A stretch of 64,000 bases of DNA from Candidatus Neptunichlamydia sp. (GTDB lineage: Bacteria > Chlamydiota > Chlamydiia > Chlamydiales > Simkaniaceae), in NCBI GenBank assembly GCA_965233865.1, contig OZ247587.1, positions 1,664,001 to 1,728,000 on the forward strand. Reading direction: 5' to 3'. Positions 1-9,386 of this stretch are shown one piece after another. Numbering within the stretch: position 1 is the stretch's first letter; each line of letters starts with the position of its first letter. The position numbers were made by a program, and so were the translations under genes. The notes beneath the pieces were generated by a model, which made no database searches, was not told the origin of the DNA, and saw only the letters and a program-made list of their open reading frames with translations.

Positions 1-753
1 ATCGCTCCGCCTCATCTTGGTATTTTAACAAAGGTTTCGCTTGCTCATGCTGCTTTCTTTAACGGGATTGAGGAAATTGCCGAGGCCAAGTGTGAGCTTT
101 TTGAATCCAAAAAAATAGAGAGAGGATTCTTTCATTTAGAGACAAAAACGTTTCAGTCGGTGCGCTTACTAAATGTTGCAAAGACATGGTTTGATTGCGA
201 AGATTCTAGGGCTGATGTGACATTAAGAGAAGTAACGTCCCCCTTTGAAGAGAGGCATCTACAGGAAAATTTTTTAGCGGCAGCAAGTGTTGCGCTTCAT
301 CTAGGAATGTCTCGAGAGGAAATTGAGCAGGGAGCAAAAAAACTGAGACCCTTTGACCACCGCTTTCAAAAAGTAGAGAAGGATGGTGCTTTATTTGTTG
401 ATGACTCCTACAATGCATCACCTCTATCTATGAAAGTTGCTCTTTCAAGCCTTCCCAAAGGAAAAAGAAGGATTGGGTTTTTAGGAGCAATGAAAGAGCT
501 AGGGGCTTTTGAAGTATCGAGTCATCGAGGAGTCGCTGAACACGCCCTTCCCCTTTTAGACCACCTAATTTGTATCGGTGAGGAGTGCGCCCCAATGGTT
601 GAAGTGTTTAAAAAAGGAGGGAAACTGGTCGAACACTTTAAAGAAAAAGAAGAGGCTGTTAAACGTTTAAAGGAAGTGGTGCTAGAGGGGGATGTTGTAT
701 TATTAAAAGGATCCAATTCCTTTAAGCTTTGGACGACACTCGAGGAGTTTTAA
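1..753 (+). CDS. murF: UDP-MurNAc-tripeptide:D-Ala-D-Ala ligase MurF (5'-truncated by the window edge)
   Basis: Frame 1 is open from base 1 (IAPPHLGILTKVSLAHAAFF...EAKCELF). Motifs DDSYNASP, GAMKELG and LLKGS are present. Lies directly upstream of mraY. Confidence 0.93.
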   Translation: MAPPHLGILTKVSLAHAAFFNGIEEIAEAKCELFESKKIERGFFHLETKTFQSVRLLNVAKTWFDCEDSRADVTLREVTSPFEERHLQENFLAAASVALHLGMSREEIEQGAKKLRPFDHRFQKVEKDGALFVDDSYNASPLSMKVALSSLPKGKRRIGFLGAMKELGAFEVSSHRGVAEHALPLLDHLICIGEECAPMVEVFKKGGKLVEHFKEKEEAVKRLKEVVLEGDVVLLKGSNSFKLWTTLEEF

Positions 754-756
754 CGA

Positions 757-1944
757 GTGATTTATCTTTTTTTGCAGTATCTATCACTGAGCGTATCTGT
801 GAAAGTCCCTGCTGTTTTCCTTTACTCGTCCACACGGATGATTCTGGCGGCAATGACCACCCTTCTCCTTACAATCTTTATGGGGCCTCGCTTTATTAGT
901 AAACTTTATGCGTTAAAGACAGGGCAGTCGATTCGAGTAGAAGATTGTCCTATGCTTGCAGAACTCCATCAAAAGAAAAAAAAGACCCCAACGATGGGGG
1001 GAGTATTAATACTTTTATCGATGCTCGTGGCTCTTCTTTTATGGATGGATCTCCGCAGTCCCTTTACGTTAATTCTCGCTGTTTCAACAGTATGGCTCGG
1101 TCTTCTTGGAGGGATGGATGACTATTTGAAAATGAAGCATAAAAATTCTAAGGGCCTTTCTGCTCGAAAAAAATTTGGTTTGCAGGTTCTTTTTGCGACC
1201 CTTTTAGGTCTGTACCTTTTATGGCCGACACTTTCTGAAGCCATTCACTTTGGAAAGTGGTTTATCCCACTTCATATGAAGTTAGGGGGAGAAATTTATG
1301 AATCACAGCTAGCGTATGGGCAGTATTTTTTCCCTTTTAAGAAGGGAGCTCTTTTTGCCCTGAGTGGTCTGGGACTTATCCTAGGTTTTTTGATGACGAT
1401 TGTAGTTGTGACGGGTTCTTCAAATGCTGTGAATCTTACCGATGGACTTGATGGGTTAGCCTCGGGATGTATATTGATGGTCTCTGCAGTTTTTGCTTTA
1501 TTTGCGTTTCTTTCGAATAATATCGAAATGGCTCGCTATCTCAATATTCCCTATATCGAAGGGAGCTCTGAGATAGCCATCTATATGTGTGCAATGATGG
1601 GGGCGTGCCTTGGCTTTTTATGGTATAATGGATACCCGGCGCAGGTATTCATGGGAGATACAGGTTCATTGGCCCTTGGAGGAATTTTAGGAACTGCATC
1701 CGTACTGATGCGAAAAGAGTTTTTGCTTGCGCTTGTTGGCGGAATCTTTGTTATCGAAGCAGCCTCAGTGATTTTGCAGGTACTTAGTTACCGGTATCGA
1801 AATAAAAGACGGGTTTTTCGGTGTGCTCCTTTGCACCATCACTTTGAATTTAAGGGGTGGCCCGAGCCGAAAGTTGTCATCCGTTTTTGGATCATTAGTT
1901 TAATCTTGGCCCTCTTTGGCTTAGCATCAATAAAATTTCAATGA
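757..1944 (+). CDS. mraY: Phospho-N-acetylmuramoyl-pentapeptide transferase
   Basis: KTPTMGG, NAVNLTDGLDGL, VFMGDTGSLALG and APLHHHFE motifs; polytopic membrane protein. Confidence 0.98.
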   Translation: MIYLFLQYLSLSVSVKVPAVFLYSSTRMILAAMTTLLLTIFMGPRFISKLYALKTGQSIRVEDCPMLAELHQKKKKTPTMGGVLILLSMLVALLLWMDLRSPFTLILAVSTVWLGLLGGMDDYLKMKHKNSKGLSARKKFGLQVLFATLLGLYLLWPTLSEAIHFGKWFIPLHMKLGGEIYESQLAYGQYFFPFKKGALFALSGLGLILGFLMTIVVVTGSSNAVNLTDGLDGLASGCILMVSAVFALFAFLSNNIEMARYLNIPYIEGSSEIAIYMCAMMGACLGFLWYNGYPAQVFMGDTGSLALGGILGTASVLMRKEFLLALVGGIFVIEAASVILQVLSYRYRNKRRVFRCAPLHHHFEFKGWPEPKVVIRFWIISLILALFGLASIKFQ

Positions 1945-3089
1945 AAGCACTTGTTATAGGACTTGGAAAAAGTGGAAAAGGAGCTGCAAAGCTTCTATTG
2001 AAGCAAGGGTATACTGTCTATGCGGTTGATCGCTTCCCTCAGAAAATGGAGGGGGTTACTGTTTGTCTTGAAGATGAAGAGATAGGGGCTGATTTAGTTG
2101 TTCTTTCGTCGGGAATTTCTCAGAATCATTCACAGGCGAAGGGCAATGTTATGGGGGAAGCAGAGCTTGCAATTCGCGCCTTGAAGAATAAAATGGTGGG
2201 AATTACGGGAACAAATGGCAAGACTACTGTTACTTTGCTTGTAACACATGTTCTCAATAAATCAGGGATTAATGCGCGGGCCCTTGGAAATGTTGGAGCT
2301 AGCCTAGCAGAATATGCTTGCGCTCCTGACCCAAAGGAGACCTTAATCGTTGAACTTAGCTCGTATCAATTGGAGACTTTGAAAACTGTAGCCTTCGATG
2401 TGGGGCTCATCACAAACATCACTCCTGATCACCTGGATCGCTATCCTTCTTTTGAAGCTTATAGAGACACAAAGCTTCGATTAAAGGATCTTATTCAAGA
2501 AGGGGGAACCTTTATTGAGGAAAGGGATTCTTATTTACAACTAACTAAGAACGAGAGATACTGGCGGTTAATTGGGCCTCATGCTGTTTCTATGGCGTGG
2601 AAAATCTGCAGAGTCTTCCATGTTACATGGGAAGGGTTTAACACCGCGTTAATAACATTTAATAAGCCTCCTCACCGAATGGAAATTGTTGGTATGGTTG
2701 AGGAAATCACCTTTGTTAATGATAGTAAAGGGACAAATATTGAGTCAGTGATGTATGGTGTTAATCAGATTGAAGGTTCTATTTTTTTGATCGCTGGTGG
2801 CCAAAGTAAAGGAGATTCTTTTGAAAAATGGAGAAAACCATTCACACACAAAGTTAAAGGAATCTTTGCGATAGGAGAAACCGCTTTGCAAATTAGAAAG
2901 GAACTGGGAGACGCTATTCCTACGTTGTGCTGCAAAAATCTGCGTGTTGCTGTGGATAGAGCAAGAAATGCTGCTCATCCTGGAGATACTGTTCTTTTTT
3001 CCCCGGGGTGCGCAAGCTTTGACCAGTTTAGGGACTATGAAGAAAGGGGTGAAATGTTTAAAAAGATTATTAGAGAGGTTAGAGAATAA
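1941..3089 (+). CDS. murD: UDP-MurNAc-L-Ala:D-Glu ligase (compact, 382 aa)
   Basis: GLGKSG, GITGTNGKTT, ELSSYQL, PDHLDRY, NDSKGTN and SPGCASFDQF motifs; ATGA overlap with mraY. Confidence 0.96.
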   Translation: MKALVIGLGKSGKGAAKLLLKQGYTVYAVDRFPQKMEGVTVCLEDEEIGADLVVLSSGISQNHSQAKGNVMGEAELAIRALKNKMVGITGTNGKTTVTLLVTHVLNKSGINARALGNVGASLAEYACAPDPKETLIVELSSYQLETLKTVAFDVGLITNITPDHLDRYPSFEAYRDTKLRLKDLIQEGGTFIEERDSYLQLTKNERYWRLIGPHAVSMAWKICRVFHVTWEGFNTALITFNKPPHRMEIVGMVEEITFVNDSKGTNIESVMYGVNQIEGSIFLIAGGQSKGDSFEKWRKPFTHKVKGIFAIGETALQIRKELGDAIPTLCCKNLRVAVDRARNAAHPGDTVLFSPGCASFDQFRDYEERGEMFKKIIREVRE

Positions 3090-3091
3090 GG

Positions 3092-3730
3092 ATGAATCGA
3101 AGAGATATTATTATCGTAGCTGTGTTGATTAATGCAGGGCTCCTTGTGACCCTATTCGTTAGCTCTCTAAAGAAAGAACAAGGAACAACCGACCTAGTCC
3201 TTTCTCCTAAAGAAGCTCATCAGATTGAAATTGCTGCTACACCTCTTTCTGTTAAACAGGGGGGAGACCAAATTGACCAGGTTATTAGTCAGTACACAGC
3301 TATGGCGAAAACCGAGGAAAAAGAGGAAGAAATTCTTCCTCTTCTAGTATTGACTCCCACACCTAAAGCAGAGATAAAAACATTCCCCTCTAGCTCGCTG
3401 CGTGTTGTCACCGTCGAGAAGGGCGACGTTCTCGAGAAAATCGCACGTTCCCATGGAATAAGTGTTGATGAAATTATGAGGCTTAATAGCCTTTCTAACT
3501 CCCGCCTCCAAATTGGGCAGGAGCTGAAGCTTCCCGAAAGAAAAGCCCCCAAAAAAGAAGCTCTTACAAAGAAAGAAGATGGAAATTTTTATGTTGTCAA
3601 AGGGGGAGACAATCCTTGGACTATCGCCCAGAAAAACGGAATACAGGTAGATGAACTTCTTCGACTGAATAATATGAATGAGGAAAAGGCAAAACGATTA
3701 CGTCCTGGTGATCGATTAAAAATTAAGTAA
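3092..3730 (+). CDS. Membrane-anchored protein with two LysM domains (chlamydial NlpD-like)
   Basis: N-terminal TM (IIIVAVLINAGLLVTLFV) and two LysM repeats (VEKGDVLEKIARSHG..., VVKGGDNPWTIAQKNG...). Sits between murD and ftsW as in chlamydial dcw clusters. Confidence 0.9.
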   Translation: MNRRDIIIVAVLINAGLLVTLFVSSLKKEQGTTDLVLSPKEAHQIEIAATPLSVKQGGDQIDQVISQYTAMAKTEEKEEEILPLLVLTPTPKAEIKTFPSSSLRVVTVEKGDVLEKIARSHGISVDEIMRLNSLSNSRLQIGQELKLPERKAPKKEALTKKEDGNFYVVKGGDNPWTIAQKNGIQVDELLRLNNMNEEKAKRLRPGDRLKIK

Positions 3731-3746
3731 GGCCTCCCAGAGTGGT

Positions 3747-4853
3747 ATGAAAAGCGTTTATTTCCTCTTGTCCTTCACAACAATTCTATTTGCCGTTGGT
3801 ATCTTGATGGTGTTTGACACCTCTTCAGCAGAAGTGATCGATCGAAGTTTAAACATAAGCACTCACCACGCTTTGATTAAACAGCTTGTGTATGGTTGCT
3901 TAGGAATTATTCTAGCTCTTTTAACCTTTTTTTTCGGGTACCGGAAATTTCTCAATTTTGCGCCTTCCCTTTTTTATGGACTCACAGTTTGTTTGATACT
4001 CGTCTTTGTTCCTGGAATTGGCCGATCCCTTAATGGTGCTAATCGGTGGATTTTCTTTGGCCCACTCTCTTTTCAACCTTCAGAATTTATGAAAGTTATT
4101 GCCCCTCTATATTTCATTCATCTCTATATAAAAGAGGAGTACATGACATGGAAACGATTTTACTTGATTATTCTGCGACTTGTTGCCCCACTTTTTTTGA
4201 TCTTGATCGAACCAGATAATGGAACTGTTGCCATCATTATGGTTACTCTGATGGCGCTATTTTTTCTTTGTCGCGTGAAATGGCTTTACTGGTTCCTTCC
4301 TGTTCTCTTCTTGGGAGGACTTGGAACAGCAGCAGCAATGCAAATGCCCCATGTAAGACACAGGATATACGTCTACCTCCACCCAGAATCCGATCTATTA
4401 GGAAAGGGTCATCAACCGTATCAAGCAAAAATTGCTACAGGATCGGGAGAACTTTTTGGTCGAGGAGTGGGTGAAAGTCTACAAAAACTCAATTACCTTC
4501 CTGAAGCACGTAGTGATTATATTGCTGCAATTTATGCTGAAGAACTTGGTTTTATTGGCATTCTTTTTTTAGTACTCCTTTATCTATTCATTGCATATAG
4601 TGGCTTCCATATTGCTATGAAAGCGGAGACAAAAGGAGGTTTTTATGTTGCGAGTGCTATCACCTTTTTGATCTCATTTCAAGCATTTTTAAATTTGGGG
4701 GTCGTCTCAGGACTACTTCCTAGTAAAGGAACCAATCTTCCCTTCTTTAGTCAGGGGGGATCGTCCCTCTTAGCAAATTGCATTGCGATTGCGCTTATTA
4801 TGAGCACGCATAAGAAAAAGGAACCCAATTGGAAAAAACTGCAGGCCGCCTAA
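3747..4853 (+). CDS. ftsW: SEDS-family peptidoglycan glycosyltransferase FtsW
   Basis: GANRW, FQPSEFMK, LPEARSD, EELGFIG and LPFFSQGGSS motifs; dcw context. Confidence 0.95.
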   Translation: MKSVYFLLSFTTILFAVGILMVFDTSSAEVIDRSLNISTHHALIKQLVYGCLGIILALLTFFFGYRKFLNFAPSLFYGLTVCLILVFVPGIGRSLNGANRWIFFGPLSFQPSEFMKVIAPLYFIHLYIKEEYMTWKRFYLIILRLVAPLFLILIEPDNGTVAIIMVTLMALFFLCRVKWLYWFLPVLFLGGLGTAAAMQMPHVRHRIYVYLHPESDLLGKGHQPYQAKIATGSGELFGRGVGESLQKLNYLPEARSDYIAAIYAEELGFIGILFLVLLYLFIAYSGFHIAMKAETKGGFYVASAITFLISFQAFLNLGVVSGLLPSKGTNLPFFSQGGSSLLANCIAIALIMSTHKKKEPNWKKLQAA

Positions 4854-5938
4854 ATGTAATAATTGCCGCTGGGGGAACAGGGGGACATCTTTTTCCTGCA
4901 CAGGCACTTGCTCTTGAGCTGCTTGAAAATCATCCAAACATGAAAATTACCTTTGTAGGCGCAGGACTCAAAAAAAACCACTATTTTAACAAGGATGTTT
5001 TCTCCTACCTTGACATCAAAAGTGGTACTCCCTTTAAGAAACATCCCTTAAAAATTTTAAAGGCATTGCTAAACCTTTCACAGGGAACCTTAAAGTGTTT
5101 CAGCTTCTTTTTGAAAAAAAAAACCGACGTTATTGTAGGTTTTGGGAGTTTTCACACTTTCCCAGCTATTTTGGCAGCTAAACTTAGGAAAGTTCCTATC
5201 GTGATCTTTGAGAGTAATGCACTTCCAGGAAAAGTGAATCGTTACTGCTCCAAATGGGCAAAAATTTCAGCAATTCAATTTTCCCATGCTCATAAATACT
5301 TCCGTTCAAAGAGTATTTGTGTACAAATGCCACTCACAAAGAAAAGAGAAGTTACCCGCAAGGAAGCTCGAACTTACTACGGCTTTGAAGGAGAAAGGTT
5401 CACTCTTCTAGTCTTTGGAGGATCGCAAGGAGCTCAAGCCATAAACCGGTTCTTTTGTGGAGCTGTGCAGCGACTGGTAGAAAAAAAAATTGACTTTCAA
5501 GTGATCCACATCATAGGGGATGCAAAACGAGGAGAGAAGCTCCAAGATTATTACGCAGCGATGAATGTTCCTGCATGCGTTAAATCTTTTGAGGAGAAAA
5601 TGGAATATGCATGGACTGCTGCAGATCTTAGTATCTCGCGCTCCGGAGCGGCAACTCTTGCCGAATTTATTGAGTTTTCTGTTCCTAGTATTTTGATCCC
5701 TTATCCTTATGGGACAGAAAACCACCAACAGAAAAATGCAGCGTTTGTTACTGATGAAGTTAAAGGAGCCATTTTGCTCGAAGAAAAAGAGCTGAGAGGA
5801 GATATTTTAGCTTCCAATATCTTAGAACTTATGGAAAACGAACATAAAAAACTTAAAAAGATGCGGAAAAATCTTCGCACTTATAAAGAAGAAGAAAGTA
5901 AACAAGACCTTTGTTCAGTAGTGCTAAAATCTTTATGA
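4829..5938 (+). CDS. murG: Lipid II GlcNAc transferase MurG
   Basis: AGGTGGHLFPA, FESNALPG, GGSQGA, RSGAATLAE and HQQKNA motifs. Confidence 0.97.
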   Translation: MEKTAGRLNVIIAAGGTGGHLFPAQALALELLENHPNMKITFVGAGLKKNHYFNKDVFSYLDIKSGTPFKKHPLKILKALLNLSQGTLKCFSFFLKKKTDVIVGFGSFHTFPAILAAKLRKVPIVIFESNALPGKVNRYCSKWAKISAIQFSHAHKYFRSKSICVQMPLTKKREVTRKEARTYYGFEGERFTLLVFGGSQGAQAINRFFCGAVQRLVEKKIDFQVIHIIGDAKRGEKLQDYYAAMNVPACVKSFEEKMEYAWTAADLSISRSGAATLAEFIEFSVPSILIPYPYGTENHQQKNAAFVTDEVKGAILLEEKELRGDILASNILELMENEHKKLKKMRKNLRTYKEEESKQDLCSVVLKSL

Positions 5939-7242
5939 CAAATCGATTTCATTTTTTAGGTGTGGGGGGAATTGGAATGAGCGCTCTTGCTCATGTTTTA
6001 ATTGAAAGGGGAGATAGCGTTTCGGGTTCTGATTTAAAAGTGCTTCCTCATTTGAGCGGCAAAGGGATTGATGTTACACAATCACTGCCAAAAGAGGGAA
6101 CTATTGTATATAGCTCAGCAATTGAGCAAGATAATCTTCTCTTTATTGAAGCCAAAAATCATGGCCTTCCTGTAATCCATCGTTCAGAGCTCATAAAAAT
6201 TCTTCTCGAAGGTAAAAAGGGGCTTTTAGTTGCTGGAACTCATGGAAAAACAAGCACCTCTGCTCTCTTGGCTTGGACGTTAATATCTGCAGGAAGACAA
6301 CTCACCTATGCTGTTGGGGGAATCCTCCAAAATCTTCAAAAAAATGGAGGGTATGGGGATGGAGAGTACTTCGCATTAGAAGCTGACGAAAGTGATGGAA
6401 GCTTCCTCAATTACGAAGGAGAGGGAGCCATTATCACCAATATCGAAAAAGAACATCTTGAATACTGGAAAACAGAGAAAAAACTTTTAGAAGGGTTTCA
6501 AACTTTTATTTCCAAAGTAAAAAACCCCAAACTTTTATTTTGGTGCAGTGATGATCCCCTCATTACACAGCTCTCTCCTCCAGGAATTTCCTACGGGAAG
6601 AGCGGAAACCTAAAGCTCATCGCATGTAGGCAAAGCAGAGGATTCACTTTTTTTTCTGCAGAGTTTGAGGGTAAAACATACTCAGATATGGAGTTTCCTA
6701 TAATGGGTGAAATCCTTGCGCTGAATGCCCTTGCTGTATTTGGAATGGCTCTGAAACTAGGTCTTACTGAAAAGGAAATTCGCAATGCCTTCAAAACCTT
6801 TAAGGGCGTCAAGCGGCGGCAGGAAAAAATTGGAGAAGTGGGGCGGATTGCAATATATGATGATTATGCGCACCATCCGACAGAAATTCAAGTTCTTTTA
6901 GCAAGCATGAAAAAAGGAATGGGAAAAAGACGCCTTATTGCCCTTTTTCAGCCTCATAGATACACCAGAACACGTGATCTTTTTGCTGAGTTTACAAGAG
7001 CATTTACAAAGGCTGATCTTACAATTATCACCAATCTCTACCCTGCAGGAGAAAAACGCATACCGGGTATTAGCGGAAAAAATCTAGCCCGGAAGGTGAA
7101 GGGAGACCATACTCTCTTTCTAGACAAAGATAAACTTTTAACCTACTTGCCAAAACTTTTGATTCCTGGGGATGTTCTTATTACAATAGGTGCAGGCGAT
7201 ATTACAGCCATTGGGCCTCAGATCATCAAAGCAATCTCATGA
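5935..7242 (+). CDS. murC: UDP-MurNAc:L-Ala ligase (stand-alone, no Ddl fusion)
   Basis: GVGGIGMS, AGTHGKTST, EADESDGSF, DDYAHHPTE and FQPHRYTRT motifs. ATG at 5935 overlaps the murG stop (ATGA). Confidence 0.96.
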   Translation: MTNRFHFLGVGGIGMSALAHVLIERGDSVSGSDLKVLPHLSGKGIDVTQSLPKEGTIVYSSAIEQDNLLFIEAKNHGLPVIHRSELIKILLEGKKGLLVAGTHGKTSTSALLAWTLISAGRQLTYAVGGILQNLQKNGGYGDGEYFALEADESDGSFLNYEGEGAIITNIEKEHLEYWKTEKKLLEGFQTFISKVKNPKLLFWCSDDPLITQLSPPGISYGKSGNLKLIACRQSRGFTFFSAEFEGKTYSDMEFPIMGEILALNALAVFGMALKLGLTEKEIRNAFKTFKGVKRRQEKIGEVGRIAIYDDYAHHPTEIQVLLASMKKGMGKRRLIALFQPHRYTRTRDLFAEFTRAFTKADLTIITNLYPAGEKRIPGISGKNLARKVKGDHTLFLDKDKLLTYLPKLLIPGDVLITIGAGDITAIGPQIIKAIS

Positions 7243-7949
7243 AACTCCTCAAACCTATATTTCCTGTTTGTTTTGCTCTTTTTTCAACCTTTGGTTTCTA
7301 CGCCGCTCTCTCATACTTTGAGCGGCAAAAACCTCCTCCTGCTCCAGTCAAAGCCATTGCTCAGACGGGCCCCTTAAAAGATGCCTTAAAAACCCACTAT
7401 TTAGCAGAGCTTCTCGATCTATCTGTAGACCATCCCCGATCGATTACGGCAGAAGAGGCTGAAAAAATTTTGATTGAACACCCTTGTATTAAAAAGGTAG
7501 CTGTTTCTTTCCTCAACCCTAAGACACTCTATATTGATTATACTTTGAGGATGCCACAATTCATCCTTGGCGACGTTGAAAACCTTGCTCTTGATAAACA
7601 TGGTGCAGTGTTTCCCTTGGCCCCTTACTATACCCCTAAACGCCTTCCTACTCTCTATTTGGGGGAAGGGTATTTTGAGGAAAAGAAAGAGATTGCTACG
7701 CATCTTCTCGAGGTATTTAGCGGTGAGGTTACAATGATTGACGTCTCAAACTGTTTGGAGCCATCGCTAGGCAAACGGGAAATTGTGATTGCTCTTGGCC
7801 CTCATCTGCTTAGGCTTACTCCTAAACGGTATCTAAAGGAGATCGCTCACTACCAAAAAATTTGCATAAAAATGGGAAATGACCCTCTTATTATAGATCT
7901 TCGTGTCCCGAATCTTGCTTACATTGTTCTCTCCTCCGGGGATGGTTGA
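7239..7949 (+). CDS. FtsQ/DivIB-like cell division protein (divergent chlamydial type)
   Basis: Single N-terminal TM, POTRA-like segment (AEKILIEHPCIKKVAVSFLNPKTLYIDY) and C-terminal IIDLR motif typical of FtsQ; last gene of the dcw cluster. Confidence 0.7.
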   Translation: MKLLKPIFPVCFALFSTFGFYAALSYFERQKPPPAPVKAIAQTGPLKDALKTHYLAELLDLSVDHPRSITAEEAEKILIEHPCIKKVAVSFLNPKTLYIDYTLRMPQFILGDVENLALDKHGAVFPLAPYYTPKRLPTLYLGEGYFEEKKEIATHLLEVFSGEVTMIDVSNCLEPSLGKREIVIALGPHLLRLTPKRYLKEIAHYQKICIKMGNDPLIIDLRVPNLAYIVLSSGDG

Positions 7950-8015
7950 CAGAGCACTGGCAAATAAACAATAAATCTTTTACTTTTGTCTTTTACAGTT
8001 TTTAAGGTGAAAGAG

Positions 8016-9386
8016 ATGTTACTTGAGAGATTTGAAGAGAAAGGACTTTCTCACTACTCGTATGCAGTAGGGTGTAAAGAAAAGGGGCAGATTGCAATTA
8101 TTGACCCCCAGTTCGATGTGGATATTTATCTAGAATATGCGGAGAAAAATCAGCTTGTTATTTCTCATGTCTTCGAAACGCATATTCATGCTGACTATGC
8201 ATCTGGAGCACGCTACCTTGCAAATCGAGCAGGGGCGACTCTTGGAATATCAGCTTACGATAAGGGGGAGAAGTATGAAGTGGACTTCCCTCATAAAGAG
8301 TGTTTTGATGGAGATAGCTTTCAGCTTGGAAGTTTGACTATTAAGATTCTTTATACCCCCGGTCATACTCCCGAACATATTTCCTTTTTAGCTTTAGAAG
8401 GAGGCGAGCCTCGAGCTCTATTTTCTGGTGACTTTCTTTTTGTCGGCTCGGTCGGTCGCCCTGACCTTATTGGAAAAGATGCAACAATGGGTCTTGCAAA
8501 ACAGTTGTACTGTTCAACAAAGGAAAAGCTTGAGGGGCTTCCCTACACTTTAGAAATCTATCCCTCTCATGGAGCAGGCTCTTTTTGTGGGGGAGGAATT
8601 GCAAGCCGTCCTTTTTCAACACTGGGTCAGGAAAGATTTTCCAATCCCTTTTTAAAGCCAAATATTACCGAGAAAGAATTTATCGATCTGATTCTCTTGC
8701 AGATCCCCCTGCGCCCTAACTATTTTCTTCTGATGAAGGAGTACAATTCTTGTAGCAAACGGTGTCAACCTGCCTCTACAATCCCCTTGGAACTTGCCGA
8801 GTTTAAGAAGAAGCTTAAAAAAGGGGCTGCAATTATTGACTTGCGGGATCAGCACGCATTTAGCAAACGTCATATCCCAGGGTCGATTTGCATCGGTAGG
8901 GGAGAAAAGGTGGGTTTTTGGGCTTCTACGGCCGTTTCCTATGATGTTCCTATTCTCGTTGTAACAAACGATCCCTTGACCGTTCCAGACGCTTTTGCTT
9001 CTCTTGCTCGTGTGGGACTTACCAACGTGGAAGGTTATCTGAAAGGGGGGATCGATATGTGGGAGGAGAATGGAGAGAATATTGAAAAAACTCTGGAAAT
9101 ATCTCCTCAGGCGCTCAACAATGCAAAAAAAGTTCATGTGATCGATGTACGTTCACTCGGTGAGTGGGTAGGGGGACATATTGAGAATTCTCTCCATATT
9201 CCTTGTAGTGAGCTTAGCGGAAAGGTAGACGAGCTCCCAGAAGGTCCACTTGTTTTTGTTTGCGCAGAGGGATACCGCTCCATTCTAGCTGCAAGTATTG
9301 CTCTAAATCATGGAAGAAAGTCAGTTACCCATCTCCCTGGTGGTGTCATGGCTTGGCACGGGGCTGGTCTCCCCCTCACTATCTAA
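8016..9386 (+). CDS. MBL-fold persulfide dioxygenase-like domain fused to two rhodanese domains
   Basis: ETHIHADY, TPGHTPEH and GDFLFVGSVGRPDL motifs; rhodanese IDLR...HIPG and IDVR...HIENS with active-site VCAEGYRS. Confidence 0.9.
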   Translation: MLLERFEEKGLSHYSYAVGCKEKGQIAIIDPQFDVDIYLEYAEKNQLVISHVFETHIHADYASGARYLANRAGATLGISAYDKGEKYEVDFPHKECFDGDSFQLGSLTIKILYTPGHTPEHISFLALEGGEPRALFSGDFLFVGSVGRPDLIGKDATMGLAKQLYCSTKEKLEGLPYTLEIYPSHGAGSFCGGGIASRPFSTLGQERFSNPFLKPNITEKEFIDLILLQIPLRPNYFLLMKEYNSCSKRCQPASTIPLELAEFKKKLKKGAAIIDLRDQHAFSKRHIPGSICIGRGEKVGFWASTAVSYDVPILVVTNDPLTVPDAFASLARVGLTNVEGYLKGGIDMWEENGENIEKTLEISPQALNNAKKVHVIDVRSLGEWVGGHIENSLHIPCSELSGKVDELPEGPLVFVCAEGYRSILAASIALNHGRKSVTHLPGGVMAWHGAGLPLTI

